Assembly (NCBI GenBank): GCA_963805065.1
Contig: CAWDSS010000010.1
Coordinates: 1,048,359-1,112,358, forward strand
From: Candidatus Omnitrophota bacterium
Lineage (GTDB): Bacteria; Omnitrophota; Gorgyraeia; Gygaellales; Profunditerraquicolaceae
Direction of reading: 5' to 3'
DNA length: 64,000 nt
Positions 59,392 to 64,000 of the stretch are shown here, piece by piece. Positions within the stretch are counted from its first letter, which is position 1, and each line of letters starts with the position of its first letter. Under the pieces are notes generated by a model that saw only the letters and a program-made list of their open reading frames with translations, was not told the DNA's origin and made no database searches. A program made the translations under genes and the position numbers.

Positions 59392-60653
59392 AACAATACA
59401 TAATTATCGGCAATTCTGCGGCAGGGATTTCGGCAATAGAGGCGATTCGTAAGCTTGATAAAACTTCTAAGCTTACTGTCATCTCTGATGAAGATTACTC
59501 AGGATATTGCCGCTGTCTGATTTCTTATTTTTTGGCACAGGACATAAAAGAAGATAAGATTTTATTCCGGCCCAAAGAATTTTATACAGAAAATAATGTC
59601 GAACTTCTGTTAAGTAAAAAAGTATCCAGGGTTGATGCGAAAAAGAACCGTGTTGTCTGTGAAGATAAAACCAGCTTAACTTACGACGCCTTGTTAATTG
59701 CCACAGGAGGTAGCCCTAAATTTCCTGATACCCCCGGCATGAAAAAAAGAGGCGTATTTGGTTTTCGTACCATAAAAGACGCCAAAGAAATCCAGGGGTT
59801 ATTACCGGTAACAAAAACCGCTTGTGTCATGGGTGGAGGGCTTATAGGCCTAAAGGCCGCCTATGCCTTAAAAAAGAATAAAATTGATGTAAAGGTAATT
59901 ATAAAGTCCAAGCAGGTATTGTCGCAGATGCTGGATTTTGATGCTGCGGCGTTTATCCAGAGGCGCCTGGAAGAAAATGGCATTGAAATAATTTTGGGCC
60001 AGGATGTTGCAGAGGTTATCGGCGAGGGCGAAATAAGAGCAGTAAAGCTTGATTCAGGAAAGGCTATAGGATGTTCCTTGGTTGTCGTCGGCAAGGGCGT
60101 ATCTGCCAATACGGGTTTAGTTAAAGAAACTGAAATAAAAATCAATGAAGGCATAATTGCCAACAATTCTTTGCAAACCAATATTGCCAATATTTATACA
60201 TCGGGAGATGTATGCGAAAGTTTTGATATGGCTATGGGTAAGCACACCATAAATGCGCTCTGGCCCATTGCAGTAGAGCAGGGCAAGATTTCCGGCAGCA
60301 ATATGGCGGGCGGGCAATTAAGCTATGAAGGCTCTTTAGGAATGAATTCCATAGAGTTTTATGGCCTACCGGTAATATCATTGGGAGTATATAAAGTAAC
60401 CGCAGGTGACCCGTCTTTTGAAGAGATGAAGATTCACGACGCAAAATCAGGAGTTTATAAGAAATTAATTTTAAAAGGAAATATGCTCATGGGAGCGATA
60501 TTCGTGGGAGATATTAAAAATAGCGGGGTATTCTTAAGGTTAATCAGAGAGAGAATAAATATCTCTTCCATAAAGAATAATTTGCTTAAAGAAAATTTCG
60601 GTTACCCCGATATTATGGATTTAGTCAAAGAACAGGAGAAGTTATATGTCTAA
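59388..60653 (+). CDS. FAD/NAD(P)-dependent pyridine nucleotide-disulfide-family oxidoreductase
   Basis: YIIIGNSAAGISA (FAD) and VMGGGLIGLKAA (NAD(P)) dinucleotide folds, plus TSGDV. ATGA overlap with the ferredoxin gene. Confidence 0.8.
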   Translation: MKQYIIIGNSAAGISAIEAIRKLDKTSKLTVISDEDYSGYCRCLISYFLAQDIKEDKILFRPKEFYTENNVELLLSKKVSRVDAKKNRVVCEDKTSLTYDALLIATGGSPKFPDTPGMKKRGVFGFRTIKDAKEIQGLLPVTKTACVMGGGLIGLKAAYALKKNKIDVKVIIKSKQVLSQMLDFDAAAFIQRRLEENGIEIILGQDVAEVIGEGEIRAVKLDSGKAIGCSLVVVGKGVSANTGLVKETEIKINEGIIANNSLQTNIANIYTSGDVCESFDMAMGKHTINALWPIAVEQGKISGSNMAGGQLSYEGSLGMNSIEFYGLPVISLGVYKVTAGDPSFEEMKIHDAKSGVYKKLILKGNMLMGAIFVGDIKNSGVFLRLIRERINISSIKNNLLKENFGYPDIMDLVKEQEKLYV

Positions 60654-62826
60654 GATTGTTGCAGAGAGCGTCATCAGAGGCGCTAATAAAATTTATAATG
60701 AGGCTTTTGAATCTTTGAATAAGGCAATTAAGGAAAAAGGGCCGACTCAAAAGGTAAGTTTTCCTGAGACCGCGTTTTATTTTCCGCTGGCTAATGCTTT
60801 ATTAGGGTCTAAAGTTGAAACGCTTAAAGATGCATCCTTAATTTTAGAGCATGCAAAATCACTTTTACCAAAACCTCCCTCGGATAAAGTGTGGCTTCCC
60901 TATTTAGGAGATGCCTTGAATGCAGGGATGTCCGCATTATTCAGCGAAGAGATAATTGTAGCATTACGCTACCTATATAATCAGGAGCCTCAGAAGGATT
61001 GCAATGGATTCTTCTCTGACACAATTATGCGTTCGTTAGGAATACAGCTCGTTGATGGGCGCATGCCGGGTTTTGCAGCCATATTGGGTGCTGCACCCGA
61101 TAATAAAACCGCAGTAGAGATTATCAGGGAATTACAGGAAAGAAATATTCTGATATTTGTGGGGTCTTCTGTAAATGGCCGCTCTATTATCGACCAGCTT
61201 CTGGAAGAGAATGTCCAGATGGGTTGGGATAACTATATTGTTCCCTACGGCCGCGATACCATCTCAGGAATTTTTGTTTTGAACTGGGCAATACGTTCTG
61301 CGCTGACTTTCGGCGGTATTAAGCCTGGCCAGGCACAGTCGTGCCTTATGTACACAAAGGAAAGGGTTTTTGCATTTGGGTTAGTATTAGGACCCTTGGA
61401 TGATATTAAATATGCCACTGGTGCCGGCGCCATAAACATGGGATTTCCCATAATTGCTGATACGGATATTCCTGAAATAAAACCTTCTGGTATTACTACC
61501 TATGAAGCGTTGGTAAAAGAATTAGACCGTAAGAAACTTGTCCCTCGTTGTATTGAAGTCAGGGGTATTAAAGTTAAAGTTACGAATATCCCTATACCGG
61601 TTCCTTATGCAGCTGCCTTTGAAGGAGAGCGTGTAAGGAAAGAGCAGTTGTGCGTGGAATTTGGCGGTAAGGCAAGTACGTCATTTGAATTCTTAAGCTC
61701 CAGGGATCCCGATCATATAGAGGACGCAAAAATTGAATTATACGGCCCGGATATCGATAAGCTGGAGCAAGGCTCTAAATCTTTACCTTTGGCAATTATA
61801 GCTGAGGTTTCCGGCAGGAAGATGCAGAAAGATTTTGAGCCGATATTAGAGCGTCAGATACACCGTTATGTAAATTATGCCATGGGGCTTATGCACGTCG
61901 GCCAGCGCGATATGAACTGGATAAGGATTTCTAATGATGCCTTCAATAAAGGTTTTCGCCTTAAACATATAGGGACCATTCTTCATGCCATGTTGCATCA
62001 GGAATATAGCGCCATAGTTGATAAAGTTCAAGTTAAGATTTATACCAAACAGCAAGATGTGCAGAATTTACTGGTAGATGCCAAAAAGAGCTATGATGAG
62101 CGTGATGAGCGCATAAGTGGAATGACCGATGAAAGCGTGGATACATTTTATTCTTGTTTATTGTGTCAATCGTTTGCCCCTAACCATGTTTGCGTAGTGA
62201 CTCCGGAGCGTTTAGGGCTTTGCGGCGCTTATTCCTGGCTGGATGCCAAAGCTTCTTTTGAAATTACGCCTACCGGTCCCAATCAGCCAATAGCCAAGGG
62301 CGCGGTTTCAGACGATAGGCTGGGGCTTTGGAATAACGTAAATGAATTTGTGAAACAAAAATCTAATAAAAGCATTGATAAAGTAAGTATGTATTCCCTT
62401 ATGGATTCGCCTCAATCTTCCTGCGGGTGTTTTGAGTGCATTGTTGCCATAATCCCCGAGGCAAATGGCGTGATGATTGTGCATCGTGATTATGCCGGGA
62501 TGACTCCTTGCGGCATGAGCTTTACCACTTTAGCCGGTTCTGTAGGCGGAGGTGTGCAAACACCAGGATTTTTAGGTGTGGGAAAATTATACATCTTAAG
62601 CAGAAAATTTATCTCTGCTGAAGGCGGCCTTAAGCGCGTAGTCTGGATGCCCAAAGAACTGAAAGAACTTTTAGGCGACAAACTAAAGCAGCGGGCAAAG
62701 GAAATAGGGGATGCAGGATTCGTGGACAAGATCGGCGATGAGACAGTGGCTACAAGCTCTGAGGATTTGGTAAAATTTCTGGGAAAAGTAAAACATCCTG
62801 CTCTTGAGATGGAGCCTTTGATTTAA
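60646..62826 (+). CDS. acsB: Acetyl-CoA synthase (CODH/ACS A-cluster subunit)
   Basis: About 726 aa, matching bacterial AcsB in size. PETAFYFPLA N-terminal region, CLLCQSFAPNHVC and SSCGCFEC (Cys-Gly-Cys A-cluster motif). Confidence 0.9.
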   Translation: MSKIVAESVIRGANKIYNEAFESLNKAIKEKGPTQKVSFPETAFYFPLANALLGSKVETLKDASLILEHAKSLLPKPPSDKVWLPYLGDALNAGMSALFSEEIIVALRYLYNQEPQKDCNGFFSDTIMRSLGIQLVDGRMPGFAAILGAAPDNKTAVEIIRELQERNILIFVGSSVNGRSIIDQLLEENVQMGWDNYIVPYGRDTISGIFVLNWAIRSALTFGGIKPGQAQSCLMYTKERVFAFGLVLGPLDDIKYATGAGAINMGFPIIADTDIPEIKPSGITTYEALVKELDRKKLVPRCIEVRGIKVKVTNIPIPVPYAAAFEGERVRKEQLCVEFGGKASTSFEFLSSRDPDHIEDAKIELYGPDIDKLEQGSKSLPLAIIAEVSGRKMQKDFEPILERQIHRYVNYAMGLMHVGQRDMNWIRISNDAFNKGFRLKHIGTILHAMLHQEYSAIVDKVQVKIYTKQQDVQNLLVDAKKSYDERDERISGMTDESVDTFYSCLLCQSFAPNHVCVVTPERLGLCGAYSWLDAKASFEITPTGPNQPIAKGAVSDDRLGLWNNVNEFVKQKSNKSIDKVSMYSLMDSPQSSCGCFECIVAIIPEANGVMIVHRDYAGMTPCGMSFTTLAGSVGGGVQTPGFLGVGKLYILSRKFISAEGGLKRVVWMPKELKELLGDKLKQRAKEIGDAGFVDKIGDETVATSSEDLVKFLGKVKHPALEMEPLI

Positions 62827-62834
62827 TATTTTTC

Positions 62835-62862
62835 TTGACGCTAAGTCCTTTAAATGTATAAT
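62835..62862 (+). promoter_or_regulatory. Candidate sigma70-type promoter TTGACG-16 nt-TATAAT
   Basis: TTGACG at 62835-62840 and TATAAT at 62857-62862. It would place the transcription start only a few nt before ATG 62875. Confidence 0.45.
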
Positions 62863-62874
62863 ATTATAAAGAAT

Positions 62875-63621
62875 ATGCAAATCCATTCTTTATCGAAGAA
62901 AATAGCCATACTGTTAGTTGTGCTATTCTCTGCTTCCTCAATCTTCGCCAAAGAGCCGAAAGAACCACGCTTAGAAGATAAATTAACAGCGCTTAAAAAA
63001 GATGCCCGGGTTTACCGCGATCAGGGTTTGGCCTGTCAACGTAGCGGAGACCTTGAAAGTGCTCTGAGTTTTTATCAGAAATCAATTCAGCTAGATCCGA
63101 CATACGTCGTAGCTTATAACGATTTGGGTGTAATCTATGAGGCAAAGGGCCAGGTTGACCGTGCTGAAGAAACATATCTTAGGGCGATAGCAACCGACCC
63201 CACTTATTTAAACAGTTATACGAATCTGGCCCTTTTGTATGAAGGTAAGCGTGACCTGCACAGGGCAGAGGAATTTTGGGAAAAAAGGGCAGAATTAGGT
63301 TCTGGTGATGATCCCTGGACAAATAAGGCAAATGAACGTGCAGAAGAAATCAGCCTGATTTTGTCCAAGAGGCCCTTAGAGGACTTAAGAGAAAAGGAAA
63401 TTTTACGTTTAACCGAAAGAGTATCCAAACCCCGGACCGTATTCACCTATGACGACAAGAGTATGTCCCGCAAGCATTTTTCAAAGGCAAATGAGTTCTA
63501 TAATAAAAGAGAATATGCGGCAGCTGTAAAGGAAGCTCTGGATGCGCAACAGTATGATCCCACTAACAAAGAAATCGAACAATTTATTGAAAAGGTCCAG
63601 TTAAGAGCGTTATCAGAATAG
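62875..63621 (+). CDS. Secreted TPR-repeat protein
   Basis: Signal peptide MQIHSLSKKIAILLVVLFSASSIFA, then TPR units (ALSFYQKSIQLDPTYVVAYNDLG...). ATG 62854 is rejected because it lies inside the promoter. Confidence 0.65.
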   Translation: MQIHSLSKKIAILLVVLFSASSIFAKEPKEPRLEDKLTALKKDARVYRDQGLACQRSGDLESALSFYQKSIQLDPTYVVAYNDLGVIYEAKGQVDRAEETYLRAIATDPTYLNSYTNLALLYEGKRDLHRAEEFWEKRAELGSGDDPWTNKANERAEEISLILSKRPLEDLREKEILRLTERVSKPRTVFTYDDKSMSRKHFSKANEFYNKREYAAAVKEALDAQQYDPTNKEIEQFIEKVQLRALSE

Positions 63622-63676
63622 TTCGCCACAAGAAAAACCTACCATAAGTGAAACTCCATGCTGATTAAATTACGTA

Positions 63677-64000
63677 ATGAGTAAGAAGCGATTATTTTTA
63701 ATTGATGCCACTGCTTTTTGTTACCGCGCTTTTTATGCGTTGCCTAGGCTAACTACTTCTTTCGGCCAGCCGACAAACGCGGTCTACGGATTTTTGAATA
63801 TATTAAATAAGATCTTAAAAGAAAACAAGCCTGATTACCTGGCTGTTTGTTTTGATGTTTCAAGGGAAACTTTTAGACAAAAGAAGTTTGCGGAATATAA
63901 AATACAAAGGCCAGCCATGCCTGATGATTTGTCTAGCCAGATACCCCTGATAAAAGAAATAATTTCTGCTTATGGTATACCGATATTCGAAAAAGAGGGG
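63677..64000 (+). CDS. polA: DNA polymerase I, 5'-3' exonuclease domain (3' end lies outside the window)
   Basis: My own translation: MSKKRLFLIDATAFCYRAFYALP...GQPTNAVYGF...LAVCFD...FR. Open to the window end and absent from the ORF track because it has no stop. Confidence 0.85.
   Translation, partial: MSKKRLFLIDATAFCYRAFYALPRLTTSFGQPTNAVYGFLNILNKILKENKPDYLAVCFDVSRETFRQKKFAEYKIQRPAMPDDLSSQIPLIKEIISAYGIPIFEKEG

Overview
All credible genes in this 64-kb window (about 60) lie on the + strand, many joined by ATGA or TAATG start/stop overlaps. Product calls come from motif recognition in the supplied translations, with no database search. The content is mostly housekeeping for a Gram-negative-type, probably anaerobic, bacterium. 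Lineage cannot be determined from sequence alone; an uncultured candidate-phylum genome is only a guess. Main blocks: (1) A large LPS supercluster at 1550-18269: lpxK, an LpxL-like acyltransferase fused to an ELM1/DUF1022-like domain, GT4 and GT9 glycosyl/heptosyltransferases (several fused), heptose kinase, kdsB-kdsA-kdsD-kdsC, a fused LptC/LptA-like protein and lptB. (2) tig-clpP, an aminotransferase with serA, and purA. (3) OmpA-like and coiled-coil envelope proteins, then DUF4912 with a GH57 branching enzyme. (4) uppS-cdsA-dxr-rseP-ispG, an orphan CpaF-like ATPase, proS-rimP-nusA-infB-trpS (trpS carries an apparent 1-nt frameshift), scpA and ruvB. (5) Queuosine genes queH, queA and tgt, then trmD-rplS-rnhB-yraN. 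(6) A Wood-Ljungdahl block: fhs, FTCD-like cyclodeaminase, folD, metF, cooS, CooF-like ferredoxin, FAD/NAD(P) oxidoreductase and acsB, followed by a TPR protein and the 5' end of polA. The unusual part is the repeat landscape, not a gene system. (a) Repeats with 7-nt periodicity form imperfect hairpins in intergenic gaps and also sit in frame inside conserved genes and signal peptides. (b) A modular nested-palindrome family occurs at five gene boundaries. (c) A GC-rich MITE-like element occurs three times, two copies in inverted orientation bracketing an AT-rich segment with an orphan membrane protein. (d) An 80-nt three-stem element is flanked by a perfect 16-nt direct repeat. I found no rRNA, tRNA, CRISPR array, transposase or integrase, and no recognisable defence or secondary-metabolite system.
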